Positions 49,101 through 61,868 of a stretch of 64,000 bases of DNA are shown here, piece by piece (the stretch's first letter is position 1; every line of letters starts with the position of its first letter). Source of the DNA: Moniliella sp. 'wahieum' (Eukaryota); assembly GCA_003971905.1 (NCBI GenBank), contig RSEE01000049.1, forward strand, positions 310,001 to 374,000. Reading direction: 5' to 3'. The translations under genes and the position numbers were made by a program. The notes beneath the pieces were generated by a model that was given only the letters and a program-made list of their open reading frames with translations, had not been told where the DNA came from and searched no databases.

Positions 49101-49900
49101 GAGATCTGAGATCTGAGATCTGAGAGCTAATACTGTATAAGGCCAGGCTCAGACCCTCAGGCCCCGGCCTCAGGTGAGGTCTCAGTACCTCAGTACTCAA
49201 GTTCCCAATATCAATACAACTGTAAACAGTACGTACTCAGGTACCCACGGCAGCCACTAAGTACTAATGCCACTAGTTACTAGTTCCTGGTGCTCCGCGC
49301 CATGGCGAAGTCACTTCGATCACTTGTGATCAATGATCAGCTTGTTTTTGCTGGATGGTGCTTTTCATTAACGTTTAACGTTTACTAGTTACTGGTTTTA
49401 CCGGTTACTTGAAGAAGGGGAAATATCAATGAGGCCTGAGGCCCGAGGCCGCCCGAGGCCGCCTGAGGCCTGAGGGCTTGAGCCTGATAAGGCACCATAT
49501 TTCAGACCTCAGAGGGTGTATAGTACCCTAAGGGCCTCAGTATCAGCCATTCCATACGCATATAATTAATAATTCCTTCAAGCTTCATCTGCTTCAGTTG
49601 TCTGAGGAGCGTGTGCGGTGTGGCCTGCTCGTCAAATCTATACAGCACTATGACACCTTCGGCCGTTTGAGGGGTCTTGGTCTTGACGCATGAAAAGCTT
49701 GAAGCTTGATTAACTTGATCATGATCAACAGCGATCTGTATATCCATCCGGCCCAGTATTAATAGTTGCCATCACAAACGCTACAGGTGGCGGCGTTCAA
49801 CTTGACATGCAAGACCGTCCAATCCCGATAGTTTCGCTCCAGGGCCTCAGGACCTGGCGTGATAGTTCCATATCTGTATCTGTCGGTCAAGTGACATGTG
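46180..49900. repeat. Second gene-free tract dense in TNA-centred 7/9-bp periodic palindromic micro-repeats
   Basis: e.g. TGA cgtg TGA cgtg TGA cgtg TGA tcga TTA tcga (46981-47015), TTA catg TTA catg TAA (48388-48404), TTA acgt TTA acgt TTA ctag TTA (49368-49391). Confidence 0.85.
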
Positions 49901-50066
49901 TTCATCGTGCAGTCTTTGAAGCGGGACGGACGGACCCCATTCGCAGCATATATAAGTAATACCCCTCACACTAAGAAGTGTCCCTGGCTAGAAGCTGCCT
50001 CCTCACAGCAACCACGACCACCCAAAGAGTGTACCCTCCTTTCCATCCTTCTTGGAAGGTTCCTCT

Positions 50067-51022
50067 ATGGCCGCCACAGCTTTTACCACCAGTCCCTGCC
50101 TTTCATCTTCCCCAGCGCAAGAGTGGCCAGTGGGAGGGGGCACCGTTTCCTACTCCATCTACTCGTTCCTTTCCCCCGATTCCACCTCACCCTCCGAGTT
50201 CAACCAACAGGGCAAGGTAGTCGTCTCTAGTGACTCGGCCAACTCTTCATCCGTCCACCCTTCCTACTCGCCCAACGTATCAGAAGAGTATCAAGACCCT
50301 CCCTCGCTGCAATTTACCACCGCGGGCACTGCTTGGCGTAGGGGGCAGCGACGATCTGACGGCTCGATTTCGCTCCGTCGACGGGAGCAGAACCGTCAAG
50401 CGCAATCTAGATATCGGGCTAAGCGCAGAGCTAGTCGTGGTCAACACCCTAATGGCGACACCGACAACCGAAAAGTGGCAGAAACGAGCCCCGAACCCGC
50501 TCGCGGTAGAGTCCCCATCAGTTCCTCTCCTTTGGACTCCTCTCTTCTTCCGCCCCCTCCATGCATACCTCTCATCGTACTTCTTTGGATCCCTCGCCTC
50601 TAGCCCGCAAAGCTACCACCCATTGGCCCCAGTCCTACCCGATTCTCTCCGTCAACTCTTCTTGGCCGTCTCTCAGCCCCCCCATGGAAGCTATTGAGCC
50701 TGCGCCTCAGTTCATTCCTTCTCCCTTGTCTTCTATTCCATTGTCCCACCAAGCCAACCCCCTTGTGCTCTATCCGCCGCCCCTGGCCAACCAAAGCCCT
50801 GCAGTCAAGAAACCATTCTTTCCCCTGCCGTCTCTATCCTCCCAGCTTTTCCAGCTTCCTCTCCGACATCCAACTGTGGGCTCTCTGCGACTCCCACCCG
50901 CGCTCCCGGTTCTGTCACTGGGACCCACACCGTACTCAAGAACAACTGTGTGGCGGAAATGCTCTACAGCAGTCCTTGGTTCCCCCCTGAATGTTGAATG
51001 GTCCGCGATCCACTCGCCGTGA
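50067..51022 (+). CDS. Putative transcription factor with bZIP basic region
   Basis: TATATAA near 49950. RRREQNRQAQSRYRAKR matches the bZIP basic motif N-x7-R. The remainder is Pro/Ser-rich; the 3' end is uncertain. Confidence 0.6.
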
Positions 51023-51413
51023 CTGTCGTCCAGTGTGTTCATTTTTGCGCTAGAGCTTTAATCGAGCACATTCCTAGTAGCTGCTCCATTCTTCCACCTT
51101 CGATTTTTACTCATGTTGCCACAACTACCCTACTACTGATTCTTACCACTCTCTCAAAGTTGTCTTTTTCCGCGTCAATGCACACTTCCGCAGTATACTA
51201 GTGCCAGACCTAGTGACTAGCTAGTGACCGGCGTCTTGATGTGTTTTCTATACCCTATTGCTGCTATGATGCACATCTGCACGCGTTGTCTACTACTATA
51301 CCAGTGACACAGCCCGCCAATGGGGTTTGTAGTTGTATTCAGTACGTGAGGAAGGTGTCCGGTGTGCCAACAAAGTGCGAGAGTGTAGTGTGTAGTGTAA
51401 GGAAGTGTGCCAA

Positions 51414-54061
51414 TTAAGTGAGTTGCCATGACCCAATGGGAGGTTTTAGAAGTAGGGGAGGGGGGGGGAGGAACGTGAACGGTAGAGATGGGAAACGGAA
51501 CGAGCAGGCAACCAGGGGGAACGTGCGACTTACTCGCGGCCATGGACAATGGCCCGAGACGACTGGCGAGCCATGGACGGAAATGAGGCCCATGGATAAA
51601 GTCGAGGTAAAATTGTTCGACGACTTGCTGGTGATTGAAGACCATGTAGGCACGATGCAAGCTGACGGACGTGCCATGTCGTTTGAGCGACTCACAAAAC
51701 ATTCGCTCGTCAAACTCGAATCGGTCCGCCGCCTCTTGCCGCCTCCCATGGTCCAGTGTATCGGGCAAAAACAAAGAGCAGGAAATGTACCGCTCCAAGG
51801 GGGCAAGAAAACGTTGGGTCAAGTCGTGGAAGTAGCGTCGAATCGCCTCAGAGGCTTGATCCACTACCAGCAGTCAGTACAACTCGAATCATGTGAGAAA
51901 AAACAAAACAGGGACGAGGGGAGGGCAACGTACGTTCTTCCTGCTTGCCAGACCGGACGGCCATTTCGGCAAGGCGGATGAGCCGATGGTCTCTCTGCAC
52001 CCTGCGGGTACGGGAGGTGGACAGGCCAACTGTGGCTTGGGCGATTTGGACGAGGACCGGATCTTGGTCTTATTTAGGGGAAAGAGGGCAGGACGGCTTC
52101 CTGGCGGCGGGAGAGTGCGATGCGCTAGAATTGGAAAGCAAGGTAGAAGAGGGAAGTAGTCCCTCAGGAATCCGTGCTCCTAGCGCTTGTAGCGCTGCAA
52201 GTCCCATCGGTTGATCCACGGGGCATCGCCCAGTCGGAAAATGGCAAGATTCGTAGCTTTTCTCTCCTTGGCTGAAGCAGACGTCCAAGCTCTCACATGG
52301 CCCGCTGTCGTCCCTACCACAGCTCCAGGGCCCAACGTGCCGGCCGGGGTGGCCTCGGTGGCAACACTAGCATTCGCAGCCAACGCAGTGGCAGGGAGCA
52401 GAGGCCAGCACCCGCACCAAAGCGGGGTGCATTCTCCTCCCTTGCTGGACTTGCTGGTGGGATGGGACGGATGAGCCCGACGATATGCAGGGCCGTCAGA
52501 CGCTTGCCGGGCACATTTGGGTGCAGTGACGAGTAACGGATCACCCATTAGGATGGATTCCCACAAGAGCCACAGGTCGGATATGAGTGCCAGCGAATTA
52601 AGCGACTCGTTCAGCCCCCGAGCTCCTGATCCGCCCAAACCAAAAGCGGTAAGGAGAGGAGTGACGGGCACGCTGGAGGCCAGGATCGTTTGTCCTATGC
52701 TGGATACGCTCGGATGGGGGCATGTTGAAACTCACTGAGGAGCGGGAAGGAGACATCAAAGCCTAGTTCCAGAGAAGCGGGGTGTGTAGGGGGGCCAGGT
52801 GTGGAGGGTAAGAAGGGCAAGGAGAGTTTCAGTCCCACCCGCCCTGGACGGGGAGCAGGCCAAGAGGCGACCGAGAGCAGAAGAAGTGGTCAAGAACGTC
52901 TTGTCGCTGTTGGGCCGTTTGGGCACGGTCAAAGTACCACTCCCCCACCACCTCTACCAGCCTGATCCAGAGGGAAACCAGGGGAGCGGGAGGGCGGGCT
53001 GAGGTGACGATGATCAAGGATTTTTGAAAGTAGCCACGGGGGAGGGTAGGGTCGGCACGTTGCCGGTAGTAGACGAAGAGGTAGTACCGGTCGTCGACCT
53101 CGTCGCTCTTGTCGACTCGGATGGGCAGCGCAGGGGTGCGAGAGCGGGAGGAGCGGAGCGAGATCGAGATCTACTACCGAGAGACCTACTAGTCGTGGAG
53201 TGGCCCATGCGAGGGGGCTGGGAAGAAGAGCGAGCCGAAAGAGCTGAAGTGAGGTACTCGGACGCAGCATGATGGAGCGTGGTGGCCGAATGGGGCAGGC
53301 CCATAAGAAGAGAGCGGGTGCGCGGGTCGCTTTCCGTTATAGGGGCGGGCATCCATCGGTTTCATTGCATCCTGCACCCATGTTCGCCATCGAGGTCGTC
53401 ATAATAGTCTTCTGACAGACGAACAGTTGCTGCTCGACATCGCCCACACTTGGGCGCTGACGTGCCCCATCCTCGCTGGAACGTACGGGAGTTTCGACCC
53501 TATCGCGATCCAATGGGCGGTCCACCTTGATGGAGGCTGTGTAAGCCACGCCCCTTCTCCTGTCGCCGTGTCCAACCGGTCGGGGAAAGCGGAGAGAGCG
53601 AGGGCCTCACACTCACTTGGCGTCAAGGGACCTGGCGGGTGGGCGGAGGTGGGTCGATGGGAAGATCGATCACCAAACGAGAGGATGGACGAGTAGCCTG
53701 GCCTATCAGGTGTCGGGGGGACCACAGTCTCTGCGACAGGGCCATGCGTGAGATCAAACTGACCAATCACGACGGCGACCAGGTAGTGGTCCAGACGAGC
53801 GCGCTGCTCGGGTGACAGGGCAAGTGAGGTGCTGGGCACACTGCTCGTCCGCGGTAGCGTCGCGAGTGCGGTCACGGCAGGTTCTTCAAGATCCAACTCG
53901 TCCGAGTTGGTGAGGCGGTCAGCGCTGGGGATAGCAGCGCGGACGGGAGGCTTGACTGGGTCCGCCCCAAGCCCGACCGAGTCGTCCCAAGCCAAGGATT
54001 CGGCGCCATGGAGGCCGACATCGCCCGAGATGGAGAGCTGCTGGCCGCGTGTGTGTGGCAT
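51414..54061 (-). CDS. DENN-domain Rab GEF, DENND6/FAM116-like
   Basis: VVIGQFDLTHGPVAE..LALSAFPD, LWLLWESILMGDPLLV, SEAIRRYFHDLTQRFLAPLERY, FYLDFIHGPHFRPWL. The 3' end is approximate. Confidence 0.85.
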
Positions 54062-54286
54062 GCTCCATCCGCCATCCCGTGGCGCACGGCACGAAGGTAG
54101 GGGTGGGGGGGGGGGGGGGGGTGGGGGTGGGGGGGGGGGTAGGGTGGTGGAGCGGCCCCGGCAGACAAGCACGGCCGTCGCCCGTCGCTCCGGCTGGAAA
54201 TTACGTCAGGCGCCACGCGGGCGGCTCTGGATGTTGAGTCCGGCCGAGCACTCACGCCGCCAGACGGCTCGCCGCCTACCACTGCC

Positions 54287-55705
54287 ATGAACGCCACACC
54301 GGCGCTTGCGCCGGCGTTGACGCACGAGTCGGCACCCCTCCCACCGGCAGCCGCACCGCCGCCATTGGCTCCCTTACCGCCTCCTTCCTCGAGCGCCCAA
54401 CGGCCAAGCAGCGCCTCTACCCGCCTCCTCCACAGCACCGACAACCGACTTCCAGCCCTTCTGTCAGCACCTGACCCGCGCCGAATGCGATGCCACCCGT
54501 CGCGCAGGAGGGGGCGGGATCCTCTGGTCGCATCCTGCGCCAAAATTCACTTTGTGCCCGACCCCATGCCACAGACCGACCCATCGTTGGGCACTGCTCT
54601 TACCTCTCTACCTGCCACCGGAGGAAAACCTGCCGCTACCTCCACTTTCGCATTGAGCGGCCCCCAGATCCTTCGGCGTCGGGTTGCTCCTGTGTTTCAA
54701 TGGGAGGCACCCTACCCACCTGATTCCTTCCGTTCTCAGTACTCGAGCGTTCTTCGCCCGCGTGAAGCGCTGACCCAGTCCGGGCTGACGGTGGCTGCTC
54801 CCCTGCCCCACGCCTGCGCACACCGAAACCGATACCATCTCGATTGATGTCCCCGAAGAATTGGAGGCGCTGACACGGGCCACCCCGCCCGCTCAATGGA
54901 TCAATTGCGATGTGCGGGACTTTGAACTGGGCCGCGTGCTGGGCGAGGGACTGTGGGACGTTGTGATGCTCGACCCGCCGTGGGACATCCACATGAGTTT
55001 GCCGTATGGCGTCCTATCTGATGCCCAGCTGCTCGACCTACAGCTAGGCCAGTTACAAAAACCCGGGGGGTTGCTCTTCATTTGGGTTACAGGCCGGGCG
55101 ATGGACATTGCACGGGATTGCCTGGCTGGTTGGGGGTATGCCCGGATCGACGAGATTGTCGGATCAAGACAGGCCACACTCAGCGCTGGTTCGCACCGGA
55201 CGCACGGGGCATTGGATCAACCATTCCAAGGAACACTGTTTGGTCGCCATCAAGCTGGGGGAGGATACCAAAACCCCAGAAGACCAAGCCGACGAGGCGG
55301 ACAACGGCCTGAATGCAACACCCAATTCGGGCCGGCCGGAGCTGTGCGGATGTGGTTCAGCTGGGCAGAGCCACACGTCCACTCTACCGCCGTGCCGGGG
55401 GGACGGCCACGACCGGCACTGCCGCCGGGTACGCTGGGGGGAAGTGGTGCCGTCGTGGGCCGCTGCGTGGGATGAGTGCGGATGCGCTGGTGTCCGAGGT
55501 GAGGGATACGTCGCGCAAGCCCGACGAGCTGTACGGGATGATTGAGCGGCTGGCGCCGGGCGGGCGCAAGCTGGAGCTGTTTGGCCGGCGGCACAATCTG
55601 CGCCCGGGGTGGCTGACGCTGGGCAACCAGATCCGCTCGACGCACGTGCTCGACCCGGACTTGGCGCGGCGGCTGCGGCGTGCGCAGATGGAGGGGGGGG
55701 TGTAG
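54287..55705 (+). CDS. IME4: mRNA m6A methyltransferase catalytic subunit (MT-A70 family, METTL3/Ime4)
   Basis: CCCH-finger remnant (C.KIHF..TDPSLGHCSYLSTCHR.KTCRYLHF). PPAQWINCDVR, catalytic DPPW (DPPWDIHMSLPYG), FIWVTGRAM, RTGRTGHWINHSKEHCLV, TSRKPDELYGMIERLAPGGRKLELFGR.HN.RPGWLTLGNQ. Confidence 0.95.
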
Positions 55706-55961
55706 TTGCTGAATTGATTCACTTGTCCCTGTGGGGGGCGGCCTGTGCGAGCGTGGGACGGATGGACAGGTTCAATAGCATTAGTTCAACGTTGCATCAA
55801 TGTTCAGCGTTTGGGTGTTGTAGCGTTTCTTGATCCGTCGATGCGGCGGCCGCAGTCCGGCGTCGTCGTCGAATTGCCGCCTGCCTTGCACCGCCCCCCC
55901 CGCCACCATCCTCCATCCGCCGGCCGCCGACCCCGCTCTCCCAGGCGGTGGACACTTGCGC

Positions 55962-58900
55962 ATGCTCCCCCGCCGGCCGCGCCCCGACGCCTCGGCGGTC
56001 CCCCGCGACGCCGCCATGGCTGCCCTCTCGCCCGAGCAGCTCGATGTCCGCGTCGGCCTGCTGCCCAACCTCGTCCGCCCGACCACCACCTGGGCCGCCG
56101 GCATCCCCCCGCTCCTGGCGCCTCGGCGCCCCTCAGTGCCGCCCAGCCCGACGTGCGCGTCGGCTTCCTGCCGAGCTACCCTTCCCCCACCCCCGCCCCC
56201 CCCCCTCCCTCCGCCCTCCCCGCTCCCACTCCCGCTCCCTCCGCCCCCCGTCCGCGCCGCAAGAAGAAGACCCAGCGCGCGGTGAGCCCGCCCCTCTCCC
56301 CCTCGCTGTCCCCAGCATCGACGTCACTCCTTCGTCGGGACCGCCGGACTGCCTCCCTCCGAACAGCACCGGACCGAACGCGCGATCGACGGTCTCCTCT
56401 GCCCTCCAATCCCGGTCCCTCTGCCCTCACCCGCCTGACAACCTCCAGGCCCGCTCGCGGCGGGCTAAAAAAGAGGCTCGTGCCAAACAAGATCGTGCTC
56501 GCCGCCGCTGCCGCAGCCAATGGAGAACCCCCTCCCCCTTCCTCCCACAGTTACCACGCCACAGCCGCCCTGGGATCGTCGGCTATGGCTCCGTCTCAAT
56601 CCATGCCGTCGCTCTCGATCCAGGGCGCGGCTGGGCCCTTGGGCCCCATCTCCGGTTGGGGGAGGGTATACCCCTGTCCCTGGACAACACATCCTCCACG
56701 CTGTCGGCTCCCCCCTGGCCATGGCTCAAGGACCCGCACTCTCCATGAGGAGGACCATATCGGACAGCCAAGGGGACACAGACTTGCTCTCGCCTCCTCG
56801 TGCCCCTTCTCCATCAGGGGCAGCGGTTCTGCCAGCCCCTCACACCAGCGTCGCTCCCCGTCCCCTCTTCCGAGGAGGACCAATTTGGCCATCCCCACGC
56901 AAGACACTCGGCCTACCTCTCCGGCCCGCACCAGCCCCGCACCACGCAACACCAATCCATCTGGACTGGGCGGGTCAATGCTCCTGTGGCCCGCCGCCCC
57001 CAACTGGCCCAGAGCAGTAGCGCATCAGGGGGAGATTCGTATTGGCCCACACGCCACACCTTGCCCACCAGCCCAACGCAGCGTATGTTGTCCAACCTGC
57101 CCATACCTTTGGCGCCCCCCGCACCCGCAAGCGTCGTGATCGTCCTTCGGATCGTGCCGAGGGCCCGTCCCAGCCACGCCCGGCCAGACGGGAAAGAACT
57201 GCCGCACCTCGTCCAAGGGCGCAAACCACCTCTGCTCTTCAGTCCGAACGGGATTTGGATACGCATCGGCCTACCCGGCAGAGGGTGGAGCAGCCTCCCT
57301 CCGATCCTCCGCGTCCCAACAAGAAACGATCCCTCCGGGCGCACAGAAGCTTCCCTGGTTCCGTACACCCCAATCCGGATAGCCATGATGAATGGTCCAT
57401 GTTCGAAGAGCAGCTGCATCGCATGGTCCAAGCAGAAGCTCGAGCGGCTCAAGAGGCCGGAAGGGAAAATCTTTCTTCCTCAACGGCGGCTCCGGTCTAT
57501 TCTAATGACGCCCCGCCACCGTGGACAGCACGCAGTCCGCCTCCTCCCTTTGTTTCGGATAGTGAAGGGACCGAATCGGACACTTCCTCCGCGTCGAGGG
57601 GCAACGATTCTGACGTCTCCCTCTCTCGCCTGCCTCCGGATCGAAGACGATGGGAAGCAGACCGCCGTGCTGGGCTTACATTGAGGAACGGATTCGAAAT
57701 GAGATGGCAAGACAAGAAGTGGACTCGGACATTGCGGTGGACATTGAGCAGATAATTCGGCTGAGCAAACCGACTCTCAGCCTGAACCACCTGCTCCCTG
57801 CCATGGCTCCCGAGGCGGCAGAGGCCCATGCCGAGTTGCCTCCTACCGCTCTTCGTTTGGAAGGGGAACCCGTCTTGGCCCATCCCTCTCGAAGGTTCCG
57901 CTTACGACAGTCCAGTCGATCTTCACCCCTCCACTGGCGAGACAACCCATCTGCCTGCAGACAGCACTCCCATTTCTACGTACTTCCCCCCGAGCCAGCC
58001 GTTACGGTCGCGCGTCAACGACCTGCTTCGGCCCAAGCACCACGTCGCCCCGTCAGCACCGGTCCAATGCTCGTCTGTCCTACAACCCTGGGGATGCAGC
58101 GTCGGCCGCGATGCGGCGGGCCGCCTTGTGGGGTGGCTCACCCCGTCCCATGTCGAGCCAGGGACTTCCTTCTCTCGAGCTCGCCCGGGCCCCGCCTGCC
58201 CGCTCACCAGAAGAATGCGTCGGCCAAGGACGTAGTGCCTCAGTCTGGCTCGACTGATCTCGAGTCGGGATCAGAAAGCGATGAACTTGTCTCGGCCGAG
58301 GAAGAGTTGGTTCGGAAAGTGATCGCCTTCCTGGGGGAGGACTCGGACTCGGATGCTCAATGGGAAGAGGAGATGGCTGCACTTGAACGGATGCGGGCGC
58401 GGGAACGTGAGTCGCTCCAAAATGCAGCAGAGAGGTACCTGGCCGTGCCGAAGCGAGCACAGACGAGTCGAGTGACGACGAACCTGTTCCTTCCCCGAGC
58501 AAGGCGGGGATGCAGAGGTGCGTCTCCGGCGCCTTCGCATGGCTGCAGCCGCTGAAGCCCGTGCCAATCGGGCACGTAGGCCCCAGGAGCCGCATCCAGA
58601 TTGGAATGTGGAGGTTCCGCGAGCGCCTGCACGCCTGTCGGGTCCTCCAGACGCATCTTCGCCTCCCTCATCGACTAGTTCGAGTTCGAGTTCGAGCGAA
58701 AATGAAGCAACAGTGATTCCGACTCGCCAACTTCCTCCCCGCGCGCAGAAGGATGGGACAAGCGTTGGTTGCGCCGCCGCTCCCCGAGCGGGCTGCTCAG
58801 AACGAGGCAGAGCGGTCTTCGGAGCAATCCAGTACCCGGGTTCCGCTGTACAGATGGGATTGCTTTCCCGTCCTCCCCCCGAACCGATGAAACGGGACGG

Positions 58901-61461
58901 ACGCACGGTGCCTCTTGGTCCGTCGCAATTGGCTCTGGCGCGGGCCAGTGCCGACGCGCGTGCTGGATACTTTGGGATGAACGAGTTGGGACGCAGACGT
59001 ACGCTCGGACGACAGTCGATGCTCGGTGCGGATATGTTGCCTCGTCGACGCGGTGCGGGACGGGACTGCATCGTGCCTCCACATGGTGGGACGGCCGGCG
59101 AGCATGATGCCCCACTCCAGGGCAGAGGTGAGTTGGGCGCGGCGCGGGAGAGTATGCTGGAACATTGCTCAGTTACGGGATCGGGGGCAGACGACGGAGG
59201 AGATGGCGACGCGATCAATGCGCTTGAACGGTTGATCGGCGCACGCTCTCATACCGCGGGCAATCTTGAGCGTCCCGAACTAAACCCAAACCCAAACCCA
59301 ACTCCAAACCTAACCTCCAACTCCAACTCCAACCCCAGCCCAAGCGCGAGCCCCGCCACGACGGTCAATACGTTTGCTACTGCCGAAGAGGAGGAAGATG
59401 CGGTATTCACATCTCCTGTTTCGTTGCGTCGCAGACGCACTTTACCGCCCGCCGCCTCCGAGGGAAGGTCGTCTGCCTCCCGTTACAGACCACACGGCAC
59501 TTCCCTCCCACCCCTGCCCCTCCTGCTCTTGCTAGCCTCCCTGAAGACGTTACTTCCCCTGTCCTCCCTCATCGCTCGCACTCCTTGGCCAATGCTTCTC
59601 ACGGGGAAGAGGGATCACTGGGCTTGACCCTTCCCCCTCAGGACGCCTCCCGTCGTGGTGGAAACGGACGCAACGGAAGACACTCGCCCTGTGCGCGTGC
59701 CACCCCGTCGGCCACCCCCCCCGCCTCCTCCGGCTGGGAGACGAAACACAGCGGTTTCACGCTTGGTACAGCAGTTTGAGGCTACCCAGCCGTGCGCTCT
59801 CCTCCGCTCCCCGTACAATCTCGCCCGGGGGTGCAGGGCGGTGAGGGTACGTCCACCTTTGCCTGTACCGCCGGAAAGCCCTCGCCATGCTCCTGCTCCC
59901 CCGCTCCCTCAGCGGAGCAGCCGGGGCCAGTGATGAGCCTATTTGTCTGGGGAGGGGGTTCCTTAACCGCCAGTCGCACTGAATCCGAGGGCAGGGAATT
60001 ATCTCAGTTGCCACAGAGGGTACCGCTGGTTGCTGTCGGGGCGGATGCCAGCCCATCTCCTGTGACGGTGCCTCCGATCCCTTCCATTTCCTTTGATGCA
60101 GCTACGCCCTCCCCAACTGCTGCCTCCATGTCCAACAACCGGGAAAGCTGGGGGTCAAACAGACGTAGCCCGCCCTTACGCACTCCAGCTCTTCCCAGCC
60201 CCCCCGGGCCCGCCCTCCGCTTCCTCCCCCTCCGTTGCAACCCGCTTCTGCCGCACAGCAACTCACAGCTGCGTCTGTGAGGGAGCCAGTTGAGAACCCT
60301 GGTCTCAGTCTACCTCCTCCAACTACCAGCCCAGCGCCGGGTAGTCCAGCTGGAAGTGAGGCGGGAAGACAAAGCAGGATGAGCACGGCCTCTTCGGCAG
60401 GGTATACGGACATTGCTGGGATTTACGATGGCTACCATGAAGATGACCACCCTCACCGAGCTGCGTCGCTGGTGGGATGGGAATGGGAACGGGGGCTGCA
60501 CCCATTTTGACCGTCACTTCACCTGTCCCACCCGTCGCCCTGCCCCCCTGGTCCAGAGCAGAGGCAGAGGGCAGCGGCATCTGGGACCCCGTCCGCGCCG
60601 CTTCCTCCCACCCGACGCCCTCCTCCTCCTCCCCCGGCATCAAGGCCCAGCTCCTCTGCCCAAAGCTTGTTGGCCAGAGTACCACCTTCGAATGCTGCGT
60701 CTACCGTGGATGCGAGCCCAGCCACCCAGCCCACTCCACCTGTTGCGCCGCACGAGAACCAGGGGAAGAACGTGCGTCATCCGACGCACCCGGTCCACTA
60801 CGTATTGTTGTCCCCGCTGGGGCCGAGGTGACGGAGCTGGATGTGCTGGCGCGGCAGCTGGAGGAACCAGGGGACCATTATGAGTTGCTCACGCTGCTAG
60901 GGGACATTTTGGGGCCCGCATCAGCCGGAGCAGGAGGTGGTACGACAGGTGGAACCGAGGACGTTTCACGTGGTCAACAGGCTCGACCTATCGTCCGCTC
61001 TCGCCCGCCCGCCGTTCCTACGAAGAAGAGATGAGTCGTTGCCAGTCGCCCCTGTCGACCTCATTTACCGCCGCACCACCGCCGAGGGCCGTACGAAGCA
61101 GAAACTCGAAGTGGCTGGCGTACGGGTGGAAACGTGTGCGATTTGTGTGGCTCAGTTCCGGCCGAGCCAATTGGCTTGTATCTTCCCTTGTTGCATGTGT
61201 ACGTCCCTCCCCCCCCTCCCCCCCCCCCCCTCCCCTCACACAACACACTTCTCCCCGACTTGTCCCTTCCCTTTCCCGACGGAACCAAACCGTGCCAGAG
61301 CCAACGGACTGACCTTGAACTTGGATTTGGACTCGAACTTGGACTTGAACTGACCTTTGCCAACCGTAGGTTCCATGCCGACTGCGCTCGTCGGTGCTTC
61401 TCCATTCGCGCATCTGTCCGCTTGTCGCCACGATGTGGCCGACGCAGTGGTCGATGCGTAG
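55962..61461 (+). CDS. Very large Pro/Ser-rich protein with C-terminal RING-H2 finger (putative E3 ligase)
   Basis: Continuous chain of coding-like plus-strand ORFs. C-terminal YELLTLLGDILGPA and CAICVAQF..IFPC.H|VFHADC..CPLCR across intron 61199-61369. The start, and whether this is a single gene, are uncertain. Confidence 0.65.
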
Positions 61462-61868
61462 CTTGCTCCCGTCTTCTGTTCGCTTACTGTCTTGTTCGTT
61501 TATCCGTGATGTCGATGACTGAGTATTGAGCATTGAGCATTGAGCATTGATTATCTACTAGCGTCATTCCTATTTTCTCCTGTTGCTTGCTCCTATTGCT
61601 CCTACCTCCTGTTCGTTCCTCCTCATGGCACGAGGGCACAGGCACTGGCACTCCGATCCAGTACCGAGTACCCGTGGTGCATGTGCATGTGGTGCCCCTG
61701 CCTATGCGTGTGCCCCTGCCTATGATGGCATGGCGTGCCACCCAGTATACACATTTCTTTGTCGTCCTACCCTTGCTGCCATTCCCATTCGTCTCTCTTT
61801 CTCCTGTCGTTGTTGCATCCTCTTTAGGGGCGGGAAGGAACAAGGTCTCCATAGCAAATGTCTGCGTG

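Noticed and set aside
6928..55705. Apparent clustering of RNA-biology genes (PPR, Rrm4, Nop58, Ime4) plus EB1
   Set aside because: They are dispersed among unrelated housekeeping genes over about 50 kb, as expected by chance in a compact fungal genome.
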